In this document: in pieces, positions 43,201-54,539 of the stretch
How positions within the stretch are numbered: position 1 is the first letter of the stretch
How the letters are laid out: each line of letters begins with the position of its first letter
Assembly (NCBI GenBank): GCA_044225505.1
Contig: JBGAIN010000031.1
Coordinates: 1-61,168 of the forward strand
DNA from: Limisphaerales bacterium
GTDB lineage: Bacteria > Verrucomicrobiota > Verrucomicrobiia > Limisphaerales > SIBE01
DNA length: 61,168 nt
Reading direction: 5' to 3'
Notes under the pieces: model-generated
Databases searched by the model: none
What the model was told of the DNA's origin: nothing
Seen by the model: the letters and a program-made list of their open reading frames with translations, nothing else
Position numbers and translations under genes: made by a program

Positions 43201-43755
43201 GAAAGGCAGGCACAGCGAATCGGATGGCGGACGGAGCGCCTCAGTCAGCAGTCTGGAAAATACCAACTTCGGCACGGCCAGCTTGTCCTCGGGAATAGGT
43301 AATCCACCTTCCGCCACATGAAAGATCCCTTGGGTTGTGCGGCGGTCGCTTCGTGGGTTATGCAAGACTCCTTGCTTGACGCGATACGACGTCAGAATGC
43401 TCGAGGCAAACTCATCTCGGTCGCAGGGCAATGAGAGCAATCGAGCCATTCCTGGGACGTCCAAGACGAGCGTGCGTGCGGGCAAGCGCGGGACGGCTAC
43501 GTCTTGGAGATAATCGAACAGGAACGACTGAATTCGCTGGTCCGCCGGGCAAAGATGGGTCGCGAGCAACCTCTCCTTCTCGCGGTATTGAGCAATGACC
43601 GGGGACAACAGCTCCGAGAAACTATCGATCCCTCCCGGAACGGCAGAGGTGACTCCAAGGAGCGCGAGCTTCAATCGAGCGTAGTCGCCGAGTCCTTCTT
43701 TTCCAGGTGTAATCGTTGCAAGCGGTGAGCCGTCCATCGGGAATTTCAATTTCAA
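40291..43755 (-). CDS. PPi-dependent phosphoenolpyruvate carboxykinase-like protein
   Basis: 1154 aa; HNPRSDRRTTQG, DNYYGYCKKEVKTQIS, EEHAGG, HKPCTVSGGGKSEISK and GKSPSTTGAGSEGALTK motifs. Confidence 0.88.
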   Translation of the reverse strand: MKLKFPMDGSPLATITPGKEGLGDYARLKLALLGVTSAVPGGIDSFSELLSPVIAQYREKERLLATHLCPADQRIQSFLFDYLQDVAVPRLPARTLVLDVPGMARLLSLPCDRDEFASSILTSYRVKQGVLHNPRSDRRTTQGIFHVAEGGLPIPEDKLAVPKLVFSRLLTEALRPPSDSLCLPFTATQPQPAECFVSLLLRPVVCPEVPGFTPQKSMEIRFFAPGSLVSNLDFVESIFGNGGDPGLPENDSALDAEHWTGHSGCVILAPHLIRLTKKGVGLPGWQDATPRQKRDGMCWKDEGELYNGGLPFKVTCRDESGVIVTVIADNYYGYCKKEVKTQISFAANLFGLCEEEHAGGALVFPSYDLGEDFSGELHVRPMAYTFASALQLLGDAAEVQPGGYAVDKKYPEIVYVPEGAHFDLHKQQISWSTETGTQGIKLLPGKTYVRPSGYKVRVLKPGENRAWRLVGTVAEGLLCHKPCTVSGGGKSEISKPISDAVLTGPVFVADFQKDFDQVSALIGRDYSRRFCDPSRSDARPILSAERSLGSVIKLLTPDECDYTPEYNAWLMAVPQYIKELVFVVKRYYKPEWGNDWRQHFTVDIINGSPANELKCHNRKLVTTYLRVGFEADGSWRTFGLRKDFHPAVKIQAEDDITASVVAPTSSLPTVPEFEAAGSLKFVQNAEKRLFQRPDEAIHPGYDKQTESDFARSDNFFSNYQPLHRTDAQQLIENAIDFYQFTDPMQSLIRQSAQGQRPNVFVCSARPRLVDGKPTKNPRYLQLRPDLVDPRESYLANVGARLRRRLPLHQPLLQPVGAVLPGRRNNPPEHQIRPLAVFNPIHYFELPELFMEFICSMTGKSPSTTGAGSEGALTKGPFNALPPIIDLNNALVSWLLTGHHGFVTAAGYVGPHSRVDHDVSLLVPELWCRMSAEERDPHYLIQHQYLERCTDFEHQGKKVQASRLGYRINNRFVQGFFGRIFNHPHAVFTEPMLRPELQDIDVFIDGMDNIVTTQRRVAQLYFDDGSVAQACPPLRALLHLMKDDQWEGKTLADPEVRRLFARETLLASDWYAERLACKQKLDRQLWKRHVDYLDRFVKRSSHADEAVRLGIPDRLVRARKTLAYVDSNEYLGSLKGTIGVEPIRSHVGVPSSAKG

Positions 43756-44052
43756 GTTTTTGTTCGAGCCGAAGAACGCCTGAGTGAGCGCGTTACCTCG
43801 TCATTGAAAGAAGCAGGGCGAGCGCCAACCTCGATCGACGGGGAGATTGGCTTCGGTCCCGGGAAGAGTCCAGTTGAATCCGAGCGTTCTGGTTAAGGCC
43901 TGGACGCACTCCGAATCCAGGTGGCTCACGAACTTCGTTCGTCCTGGTTCGCGTGTCGCAATTTGATCTCGTTGGCTAGATTCCAACAGGTCGTTCTGGA
44001 CTTGGCACAGCGGGCTAATCTGCTAGGGTTCAACCACCAGTTCGCAATTCTC

Positions 44053-47000
44053 ATGAACAAAGGTATTCGCAGTCGATCTCTTCGGCTTTATGCGGTCGTA
44101 AGCTACATCCTTTCGGCTCTGGCCGTTGTTCGAGCTGCGGATTCGACAAACGCAGGCCTCGCTGTGATTCGAGAGGACAACGCCATCATCCTTCAATGGG
44201 CTTCAGACACCGTGCAGTTGGAAGCGACACCCGCCTTGGGGACCGCCGCTGCGTGGGAGCGAATCGCAAACCCGGTGCAGTTGTTGGATGGCAAGCAAAG
44301 CGTCCGACTCGCGCTCGCCGACACCGCGCGATTCTTTCGATTGCGCGCCGGGAGCGGTCCGGCGTTGAGAGTGGAACTCAATACGGCAGGGACGGTCCTT
44401 GTCTCGTGGCCAAACACCGGACAACCGTATCTCCTGGAAGTTGCGGACGCTCTGACCGGCAGCGCCTGGAAAGAAGCCGGGCGCGCACCCGTCTTGTCGG
44501 GCGGGCGTTACACGCTTGAAGTCAACACCGCGACCACCACCAAGTTCTTCCGTTTACGGGGGGCTGATCAGACTCCAGCCATCGTGATCGCGTTGAACCT
44601 TGCCACGGATACGGGAGTCAGCGCGAGCGATCGAATCACTCAACGCGCGACGATCACGGGGAGTGTTTCAAGTCAGGATGGACTGAGCCAGCTGCGCGCG
44701 GGATTCGACGATCGGCCGGTCGACCAGTATTCGGCATTGACCGATCTGCTCGACGCCGACGGTGGCTTTACGATGAGCCCGACGCGGCTGGATCAGCTCA
44801 ACGGGGGCCTGCTCAAGGACGGGTCTCATACGTTGCATGTGATTGCCGAGGGGGTTACCGGGAAACGTCTTGGGGCAGGGGATCTGACCTTTGAACTCGA
44901 CACGACACCGCCCAGCGCAGTGCTCGAGCCCGCGAACGGGCAACGCGACGTTTTGCCGACGGAATTCATCGTTGCCCGTTTCAATGAGCCCGTCGTTTTG
45001 ACATCGCCCGACCATGGATTGAACCCGGCGACGTTAACCGTGGGAACCTTTGGCAGTGCGCTGCCCGGACGGTTGGTGAACGATCAAACTGGCACCCGCC
45101 TTTCCTTCATTCCAGCCCAGGAACTGCCTGGGAACACCGCGTTCGATGTGACTCTGATTGCCACGAACGTATTTGACCGCGCTGGAAACCAAGCAGTCGT
45201 GCCCACGCAACATTCCACGTTTCGAACGTCGAACAGCGAAGGTATCCCAGGCACCAGCTTGACCGGTTGGGTGTTTGATGCATCCCGCAATGTGCAAGGT
45301 GGGGAAAGTCCTTTGACAGGAGCCACCGTTCGCATTCTGAACGGAAGCTCGGCGACCGCGGTCACCGATGCCAACGGCAAGTTTGTCCTGAGTGAGATTC
45401 CCGGCGGAAAGTTGCTCATCGAGGTGGATGGACACGCGGTGCGAACGGATCCGGGAGCTTTTTACCCGACGGTGAGCAAACTCTTTGAAGCGATTCCAGG
45501 GGTCAGCACGATCATTGACGCACCGATCTACCTCCCCCTGGTGCGTGACTCGGCCTTTGTTCAACTGTCGACGAACGCTCCAACAATGGTTGCGAACAGT
45601 GCGCAATTGCCTGGGTGGACTTTGGAAGTGCCTCCACAAGCCATTCAACGCCGCGATGGCACCATGGCGACGCGCATTTCCATCTCGCCCGTTCCTCCAG
45701 ACCGACTGCCCGCCCCATTGCCGTCCGGAATCAATCCAGCAGCGGTCATCACGATCCAGACCGAGGGCGGGGCGGATGTATTCTCGGAACCCGTTCCGCT
45801 CACGGCGCCGAATCTCGAAAACCTGCCGCCTGGCGCCAAGACAGTTCTCTGGGACTTTGACCATGCTCGGGGTGAGTTTGTGCCCGTAGCGACCGCCACG
45901 GTCTCTGCCGACGGCAAGACGGTGTCGACCGACCCGGGCCAAGGCGTTCTGCGCCCTGGCTGGCACTTTATCCGTGAATTCTTCGATGACTTCATCCAAG
46001 TCCTCACGACGGAGACACCCAAGAAGAAGAACCAGAAAGCCATCGATGAATACAAGAAACGCCGCCTTGCCGTGCAATTGGATTTGGCGGCCTTGGGTGC
46101 TGACGCCGCTGGGTTATATCCGCCCGCAAGCCTTATCGCTGCGGGTGCGGGCGCTGCCGCTGGCGCTCTTCGCGATGTCGTGGTGGAAGGAAATGGCCTG
46201 AACTCCGCCAGCCGTGACACCGTCCTGCTGGGGATTCAGGCTGGGGGCGATCAAGCGGGTAAACAAGCAGCCGAAGCGGCCTACCGATCCTCCCGGAACC
46301 TGGCCTCGCGCGAATTCGCCGAGGCGGCTCAAGACCTTGGGCTGCTCAGCAAGACGCTCAAAGGCACCGCCGGTGTCTTTACCTTTTTAAGTGCTTTGGA
46401 TGACTTGAATACCCTGAAGGAAGATCTCGCTGCGGCCAAAAAGGCGTTGAAAGATCCTCCGGGCGATCTCTCCGACCAGCTCCTCGATTCCATGAGCAAT
46501 CTGGAACTGGCCGCGACGGACCTGTCGGACACTCTGATCAGCGGACTCGTGCAGTATTTGAATGGACTGGGCGACGCGTTCAGCATGGTAGCTATTTATG
46601 AAGCGGGTCTGCCTTCCGCGCCTCCTACGGCCCCGGATTTAGTTCAACTTCGGGTTCTTTCAGCCAGTGGCGAGAAGCAATTCCTGGGCGCGGCCCGGAG
46701 CATGGCCGCTGTTCCGCCTAAGGTCGACGCTTTCTTAGCCAGGGCTGCTACCCTTCAACCGCTCCTCGCGAAGGAAACAGATAACCGGATTTATTACCGG
46801 TTTAGCCCATCGGTCGGGCTGGCCTCGCCGGAGTCTAGCAGCACCCTAAACTCAACAATCGGCGAGATTCGTCTTTCGCTTCGGGCCGGTGCCTCCGGGA
46901 TCTTGACGGCCGTCGAACCAATCCGTGGGTTGGTGGGAAGCGCCCGCGTCGGTATCCCAGCGGTCATCCCTCCGGGCCAGGTGTCGTTTCGCGAGCCCCC

Positions 47001-50000
47001 GTTACTCCTGGAGTCTTCCGAAACGGAAGATTTGGATGGCAACGGCTTGCCCGACGACATCGACACTGTGCTTGGCCATCCTACCGGGGCCCAGGTCGCC
47101 GCGCTCAAGAATGGACTTCCCCCCGAAGGAGCGGGTATCGCGCCGTTAGGCGTCATCGGTCGACTCTCGCAGCGGACTTCCATAGCAACCAATGTTTTCT
47201 TTTCCAACGCTTATTCGGATCTGATTGCCGGCGACCGCGTCCTCTATGGAATTGGCGGGTCCAATGTGCTTGAGGTCATTGACATTTCTCGTCCGAGCTC
47301 GCCAATCAAAGTCGGCCGGGTGCGGTCCGCCGGAACGTTCATCGCGTCGCGGGGGGCGGCGCGCGGTCATCGGGTGGCGATCACTGGGTTCGGAGCTCGA
47401 ATTTTTGATGTGAGCGATCCCCGGCAGCCGCGCGAAGTGCAATCCATTGACTACACGATCGCGGGCACGGACAGAGTCAATCCGGTCCTCGGCCCGAATC
47501 ACATCGTCATTCCCAAGAAAAACGATCTGATCAGCTATGACTTGGACACGGGACAACCCGTTTCAACGCTTTCCCTAGCCGCGCTTGGTGTTCCTATCAC
47601 GATGGAACTGAACGGCGATGTCATCTACGTCTTGACCTATCAAGAACCTCCCAACCTCCAATTCTCGGTCACCACTGTCCGGTTCGACAGCAACGGTCAG
47701 CTAACGTTCATAGGCGAAGTGCGCCCGTTTTTCTGGAGTACTCTCAGTCTACGGAGCCCGTTCGGACTCGCCATCAGTGACAGTGCGGCCTTTGTCGGCG
47801 CGTGGTTGATCAGCGTCGATCCTTTCGCTCCGGGCTTTGGGGCCATCGATATATTGGATCCTGCCCATCCGACCGTTCTTGACGGGGGCCGCCCTCCTCG
47901 CGAGCGACAACGCCGGTCACCTCCTGGCAACCGTGGCCGCTTCCCCGCAAAATCAAATTCTCGACGTCTACGATGTGAGCGACCCGAGCAAGACGGACAA
48001 GCGCATTTACTCGATACCGCTCGAGCAACCGGCCTACGCACCTCATTTTACCGGAGGCCTCGCGGTGTTTAACACCGAAGCATACACGTATATCGCGCGA
48101 GTGACGCCGATCGATATTCAAAAGAAACCGCCAGTAATCCAGGACGTCGTTCTCCAAACCGGTTCGATCGCCGTGGAAGGGAGGCATGTTGGCGTTCATG
48201 TGACCGTCACGGACGACGCCCAGGTCACGCGGGTGGAATTGCTGCTCCAAGGGGACAACGTCGTGGCGAGCGACGGTTCCTTTCCCTTTGATCTGGATTT
48301 CCTGCCGCCCGCGAGCTTGCCCGATCGCCAGAGTCTCGAGTTGACCGTGCGCGCCACGGATTCCGGCGGCAATCGCTCCGAGAAAACCGTCACGCTGACC
48401 TATCAGGCGAAGCCTCCGCGGGTGCTCAACGTCGTTCCTCCTCTGGGTTTTTCCACCAAACTGCCTTTGACCAACGGTCTCATCGTGTTCGATAAGCCGA
48501 TGAATCGCGACACCGTGACCGCCGCCGATTTTGATCTCCGCACCTCGGGTGCCGATGGAAAGTTCAATACGCCGGACGATGGCCATGTGCAGCTCGCGAG
48601 CGCCGTTTTCAGCTCGGACAATACCCAGGTGTATCTCGACTTTGGCAAACCACTGGATGTCGGCCATTACATGCTCACTGCGCCTTCGGCGTTCTTGACC
48701 GATCGCGGAGGCAACGCGCTCGATGGCGAGTTCAACGGAAGTTTTCCGAGCGGTAACCAGATTGCGGGCGGGGATTTTACCACGACGTTTGACGTGCAAC
48801 ACGTGCCCGAGTTCTCGGCTAAAGCGATCCCTTTCCGGGCGTTTCCCACGGACGTCCGAGAGTACCGGAACTTCGACATATCGAGCGGTGCTAGCCCGCT
48901 TCTTGTCACCGACATCACGGGCGATGGCCGGATAGACTTTGTTCGGGCGGTTTTCAGCAACAGCCAAGATACCAATGGCTTCCATGCCGTCGTCGTCACG
49001 CGCCAGAATAGCGACGGGTCGTTCGCAAATCCCGTCACCTATGATGCCCCTGGGAACGTCGTCCAAATCGTGTCGGGCGACTTGAATGGGGATGGACTGG
49101 CCGACTTGGTCACAGTCCACTTCAACTCCGCCGCCGTTGGATTTCCAGCGCGTCCGCAGCCCTTGGAGTTGAACGCGCTGCTCGGCCGTCCGGCCGGAGA
49201 CTTTGGCACGGCTTTGTCGATCGACACTCAAGGGTTGACCAACACGTCGCCAGGTTCCCTCTTCGTCGCGGATTTCACCGGAGACGGCCGCTCGGATATC
49301 GTCCAGTTCCTTCCCGACGTGAGCGTCAGCGATTTTACGACCGGGACAAGCACCAACGTGGTTCCGGCGCGTGTCCTGGTCTATCCCAATTTAGGGAATG
49401 CCAACTTCGGCCCGCCTGTTCTGACGTCGCTCGTGCCTGCCCGGCGAGATTTCCTTGTTTTCCGCACTACCGCGGTGGCGGCCGATTTCAATCGGGACGG
49501 CAAGATGGATTTGCTCGTCCCTGGAGATGGTGTCTTGGCCGATTCGGTCACTCTGCTGAGCGCGGGTGACGGGACCTTTAACGCGGTTCCGAACAAGAGT
49601 TTCAATGATAGCGATCGCCTGGCCGCAGCGGATTTCACAGCGGATGGCTGGCCCGATGTCATCTTCGGGAATCAGTTCTACCGTGGGAAGGGAGATGGAA
49701 GTTTCGAGCAGGTCAAGAATGCGGGATTGGCCGAGAACGGAGTGACGAAGTTCAACTTCGCTGGCAGCAGCGAGATTGTCGCTGATTTCAATCGCGATGG
49801 CAGGGTCGACTTTGCCGCCCTCGTTCCTGACGCCAATCGGGAATATTCTCAGATCGGAGTCTTCACGAACAAGGCGGATGGCACGTTCGGGCTCGATCGG
49901 AAGATAGGATTGGGCGGTGCGTCGCCGAATCGCCTGTATACCGCGGCGGATGTGGACGGCGATGGCTGGTCCGATCTGGTAACCGCGGTCGGTGAAGGAA

Positions 50001-51157
50001 CGGACAGTCCATTCCAGGCCGCGGTGTTGTTCGCAAATGCGGATGGTGCGTTCCCGATCACACCGCGCGCGACGGGATTTAGTCGGCTTGGTGCGGGCGA
50101 ATTGTCTTTATTAGCCGACGTCAATGGCGACGGTCGCCCAGACGTCTTGAGCTATTCGCGTAATCCGAATCCTCAGCCCATCGTCGCGGTTCTGCCGAGT
50201 ACCCCCGATGGTTTCGGCATCGTCACGACCAATGCCATTGGCGTGAACGATCCCAGTTTCTTTATCCGCGCGTTGGGCGCAGGCGATTTTGACGGAGACG
50301 GCAAAGCGGATGTGGTGGCCTCGCAGGCGGCCGACCAATTCGGATTTGTTGAAACCAACGTCGTCTATCTGCTCCGCGGCAACGGCGACGCCACCTTTCG
50401 CACTGGCGAGCCGATTCCCAGAATCAAAAGCCTGGTGGGTGTGGCCGATATGACCGGAGATGGGAAACCCGATTTGATCTCCCTCCAAGGAGAGGCCGGG
50501 TTTGGCGCGGTTCTCGCCGTCTTTCCGTCGAAGGGCGATGGCACGTTCGCGGACCCGATCATCAGCCGCGACTCGAAATTCAGTTTCTTCGGCTCGCTCC
50601 TGTTGGGCGACTTCAACAACGACGGCCGGTTGGACTTGGTAGCTCGGGGCAGCAGCACTCTGGGGGTGTGGCTCAACGATGGAAGCGGGCGCTTCACGCT
50701 CGCCGGCACCGCGGCCAACCTTCCCTCGTCTTGGGATCTACAAAACATTGGTGATTTTGACAATGACGGGCACCTCGATGTGCTGGTGAATGATCGGTCC
50801 GGTGACATCCCCGATTACCGGTTGCTCCTGCTTTTGGGGGATGGGACCGGCAAGCTGAGCGCCCCGCGTTTTGCCGCGCAATTCCCGGGAACCTATAACA
50901 GTATCGCCAAGGTGGCCGACGTGAACGGAGACGGTTCTCTGGATCTCGTCACGCCTGGCCGCTTCCCGCAGGACTTTATGGAAGCCCGGGTCATTCTAGG
51001 TAACGGGGATGGAACTTTTCAGCCGAGCATCTCGTTTTTCGGCGCCGATAACGGATCCACGAGCAGCGTCTTCACCGGTGACTTTAACGGCGATGGCCGA
51101 ATCGATCTCTTGGTCGGGGAAAGCGTCTTGCTGCAACAGAAGCCCAAGGTCCCGTGA
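44053..51157 (+). CDS. Giant secreted protein (about 2370 aa; frameshift near 47885): two N-terminal W..L[QE]..W..FFR domains, Ig-like domains, carboxypeptidase-regulatory-like domain, helical insert, LVIVD-like and FG-GAP repeats
   Basis: ORFs 44053-48072 and 47837-51157 continue the same LVIVD-like repeat across the junction (IDILDPAHP / LDVYDVSDP). Many D[FVL]NGDG..D[LV] FG-GAP repeats follow. Confidence 0.82.
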
Positions 51158-53271
51158 TGAACTGGCGATTCCGTCGGACTGGCTGTGTCTCAGAAAAACA
51201 GACAATCGCACCGTGTTTGAAAGTAAGGCGGTCGCCCTGGTCGTGCCGCGCCTCCGGCCTCGCGTGGCTTGTGGGCCTCGTTCTTGAGCTGCAAGTTGGC
51301 TTCGCGGCAAGCCCCGATCCCAGTATCGCGCGGGTTTGGGATGAAGAGATCTTGTCGGCCATCCGCATCGATCTGCCCAATCCACCGGTGCACGCGCGCA
51401 ACCTCTTTCATCTCTCGGCCGCGATGTATGACGCGTGGGCTGCCTACGATGCAAAGGCCGTCGGCCTCATTTACCACGGCAAGCACCAGGCGGATAACGT
51501 GGCTTTGGCACGACGCGAGGCCATCAGCTACGCGGCCTATCGAATCCTCACCGAACGCTATCGATTCTCGCGGGACGCCGCCACGACCCTCGCCCAGTTG
51601 GATGCCAAACTGCAGGAGTTGGGCTACTCCACCAATGTCGTTTCGCTCGATCCCCAAACGGCGGCGGGTGTTGGCAATCGGGTCGCAGCGGCCATCGCCA
51701 CGTTTTATTTTGCCGATGGAGCCCTGGAGGCGCGCGCGTATCAGGATTTGCCCGTAGCAGAAGGGGGTTACGAATCGATAAACCCACCGCTGATCACAGG
51801 CGCCCGCGGGACTTTGGCCGTGAATGTCAATCGATGGCAACCGCTCATCATCACGAATGCCATCAGCCAAAACAATATCCCTGTCGATCAGGTCCAGAAA
51901 TTCGTGGGCGCTCAATGGCTTGGCGTTCGCCCGTTTTCTTTGACGAGATCGGATTCCTCCCGGCCTTGGTTTGATCCCGGACCTCCGCCGCAACTTGGCG
52001 GAATTGGCGACGCCGAGTTTCGCCAGGGGACGATTGAGGTCATTCGCCGCAGTAGTGAACTGACGCCGGACGACGGCGTGATGATGGACAGTTCTCCGGG
52101 CGCTTTAGGAAATAATCCACTCGGAGCGAATACCGGCACGGGCCACGCCACTAACCCGGTCACGCAACTCCCCTACGTTTCAACCCCGCTTCTGCGCGGC
52201 GATTTCGGCCGCGCCCTGGCAGAGTATTGGGCGGATGGCCCGAACTCGGAAACGCCCCCGGGCCATTGGAATGTCCTCGCCAACCGCGTGAGTGATTCGC
52301 CCGGGTTTGAAAGGCGCCTGGGAGGCACCGGACCTGTCCTGGACGCTTTGGAATGGGACGTGAAACTGTATTTTGCGATCAACGGAGCGTTGCACGATGC
52401 CGCTTGCGCGGCCTGGTCTTTAAAGCGCATTTACGACGGATATCGGCCGATTACAACGATTCGATTCATGGCGCAGCTCGGGCAATCGAGCGACCCATCA
52501 GGCCCGGCCTATCACAAGAATGGGTTGCCACTCATCCCGGATTTAATCGAGCAAGTCACTCCGGCATCCGTAACCAGCGGACGCCACGTTGGCTTCCCGC
52601 TCAATGCCATCGTGATTCGCACTTGGCCTGGCGAACCCGCTGACCCTGTCCACGAGCATAGCGGCACGAAATGGATTCTGGGCGTCTCCTGGCTCCCCTA
52701 TCAAAAGAGGACTTTCGTCACTCCGGCTTTCCCTGGGTACGTCTCGGGCCACAGCACGTTCAGCCGGGCCGCCGCGGAGGTTCTGACAGCGTTCACGGGA
52801 TCGCCTTTCTTTCCCGGCGGGATTGCCAGCACTACGGTCAGCAAACTGGCGTTTGAGCAAGGTCCGTCCGCGCCCGTGGTGTTGCAGTGGGCAACCTACT
52901 TCGACGCCGCGGATCAGGCGGGTCAGTCGCGCATCTGGGGCGGAATCCACGTGCAGGCCGATGATTTTACCGGCCGCACACTCGGGGCGGAGTGCGGACA
53001 GTCCGCCTGGACGTTGGCCCGCCGTTATTTCGATGGTTCAATCCTGGAGACGGCCTCGCCATCCGTGGTGCAACGCACTTCGAATGCGACCATTCGCGTG
53101 ATCAGCCCAACGATTCGTGGACTGTTCTATAGCCTCCAAGCTTGCGATCGTTTGGAACGAACGTTTGAGGACTTGGGGCAAGGTTCAATTCAGGCAACCA
53201 ACTCGCAAATCGCGTTCGATCTGCCGCTCAACGGGCCGAGTCGTTTCTTTCGAGTGTTCTCTTCCCCTTGA
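51154..53271 (+). CDS. Secreted vanadium-dependent haloperoxidase-like (PAP2 superfamily) protein with C-terminal FFR domain
   Basis: KRIYDGYRP, TPAFPGYVSGHSTFS, SRIWGGIH and ETPPGHW motifs. Exact start uncertain. Confidence 0.88.
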   Translation: MMNWRFRRTGCVSEKQTIAPCLKVRRSPWSCRASGLAWLVGLVLELQVGFAASPDPSIARVWDEEILSAIRIDLPNPPVHARNLFHLSAAMYDAWAAYDAKAVGLIYHGKHQADNVALARREAISYAAYRILTERYRFSRDAATTLAQLDAKLQELGYSTNVVSLDPQTAAGVGNRVAAAIATFYFADGALEARAYQDLPVAEGGYESINPPLITGARGTLAVNVNRWQPLIITNAISQNNIPVDQVQKFVGAQWLGVRPFSLTRSDSSRPWFDPGPPPQLGGIGDAEFRQGTIEVIRRSSELTPDDGVMMDSSPGALGNNPLGANTGTGHATNPVTQLPYVSTPLLRGDFGRALAEYWADGPNSETPPGHWNVLANRVSDSPGFERRLGGTGPVLDALEWDVKLYFAINGALHDAACAAWSLKRIYDGYRPITTIRFMAQLGQSSDPSGPAYHKNGLPLIPDLIEQVTPASVTSGRHVGFPLNAIVIRTWPGEPADPVHEHSGTKWILGVSWLPYQKRTFVTPAFPGYVSGHSTFSRAAAEVLTAFTGSPFFPGGIASTTVSKLAFEQGPSAPVVLQWATYFDAADQAGQSRIWGGIHVQADDFTGRTLGAECGQSAWTLARRYFDGSILETASPSVVQRTSNATIRVISPTIRGLFYSLQACDRLERTFEDLGQGSIQATNSQIAFDLPLNGPSRFFRVFSSP

Positions 53272-53290
53272 ACCCGAGGCGGCGGAGCGG

Positions 53291-54481
53291 TTAGTGGCTG
53301 CGCACGTCCACTTTCGAATCATTTAGCAGTCCGTCCCGCAGGCGCAACAATTGCACGGCGGCGGCGCGGAGCGTTTCTTCCCGCTTCGCGAAATGGAATC
53401 GAATGTAGCGATGTTCCGGTTCGCGAAAAAAGCTGGATCCAGGAACCCCCGCAACCCCGATCTCGCGCACCATCCATTCGGCAGCGGCGGTGTCGGTGGG
53501 GAATCCGAGCGCTGAGATGTCGAGCAACACATAATAGGCGCCCTGGGGTTCGGTAAACGGAAGCCCCGTGCGGCGCAACGCGCCCAGAAAGAAGTCGCGC
53601 GCTTGGGTGTATCGATCCCGGAGACCCGCATAATACTCATCCGGAAATTCCAAACCCGTCACGGCCGCTTCCTGCAACGGCGCGGCCGCCCCGACGGTGA
53701 GGAAATCGTGCACTTTCCGCGCCTGCGCGATGACCTGAGGAGCTGCCTGGACATAGCCAAGTCGCCAGCCGGTGATGGAGTAGGTCTTGGAGAGGGAGTT
53801 GCACGTGATGGTCCGTTCAAATGCGCCAGGAAGCGCCGCGCCGTAAACGTGCTGATGCGGATCAAACACAATATGTTCATACGGCTCGTCCAGGATGACG
53901 AAGGCATCGTAACGCTCCGCAAGGGCGAGGATCTCGGTCAGTTCAGCCCGCGTGAACACTTTGCCCGTCGGATTGGACGGATTACAAACGATGATCGCCT
54001 TCGGCTGCTGGGCGAACGCCTTCCGCAGATCCTCAGGATCATACTGATAATCCGGCGCTCGCAGCGGAACGTAAATCGGTTGGGCTCCCGCTAGAATCGC
54101 ATCGGCGGCGTAGTTTTCGTAGAATGGCGAAAACACGATGACTTTGTCCCCGGGATTGCACGCAGTCATCATCGCCACCATCATCGCTTCCGTACTGCCG
54201 CACGTCACCACCAGGTTCTCGTCCGGGTCTATTTCCAACCCGGTGAACCGGGTGATCTTTCGCGCCAGCGCCTGACGAAAACGCGGCGCCCCCCACGTCA
54301 CCGCATACTGGTGGAAAGGGCCACGGGTCGCACGCTCCAGCGCTTCCAGGAGAGGTTCGGGCGGATTGAAGTCGGGAAAGCCTTGGGCAAGGTTGATAGC
54401 CCCGTGACGATTGGCTAGCCGTGTCATCGCCCGGATGACCGATTCGGAAAACTCACTCAATCTGGCGGCAGGTTGTGGCAT
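53291..54481 (-). CDS. Class I/II PLP aminotransferase (methionine/glutamine transaminase-like)
   Basis: INLAQGFPDF, NPSNPTGK, DEPYE and SLSKTYSITGWRLG motifs. Confidence 0.93.
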   Translation of the reverse strand: MPQPAARLSEFSESVIRAMTRLANRHGAINLAQGFPDFNPPEPLLEALERATRGPFHQYAVTWGAPRFRQALARKITRFTGLEIDPDENLVVTCGSTEAMMVAMMTACNPGDKVIVFSPFYENYAADAILAGAQPIYVPLRAPDYQYDPEDLRKAFAQQPKAIIVCNPSNPTGKVFTRAELTEILALAERYDAFVILDEPYEHIVFDPHQHVYGAALPGAFERTITCNSLSKTYSITGWRLGYVQAAPQVIAQARKVHDFLTVGAAAPLQEAAVTGLEFPDEYYAGLRDRYTQARDFFLGALRRTGLPFTEPQGAYYVLLDISALGFPTDTAAAEWMVREIGVAGVPGSSFFREPEHRYIRFHFAKREETLRAAAVQLLRLRDGLLNDSKVDVRSH

Positions 54482-54539
54482 CGTTTGATAGAAATTCCCT
54501 ACACTCGTTTCTCCGCGGCGCTCCGCATTTATCGTCCAG

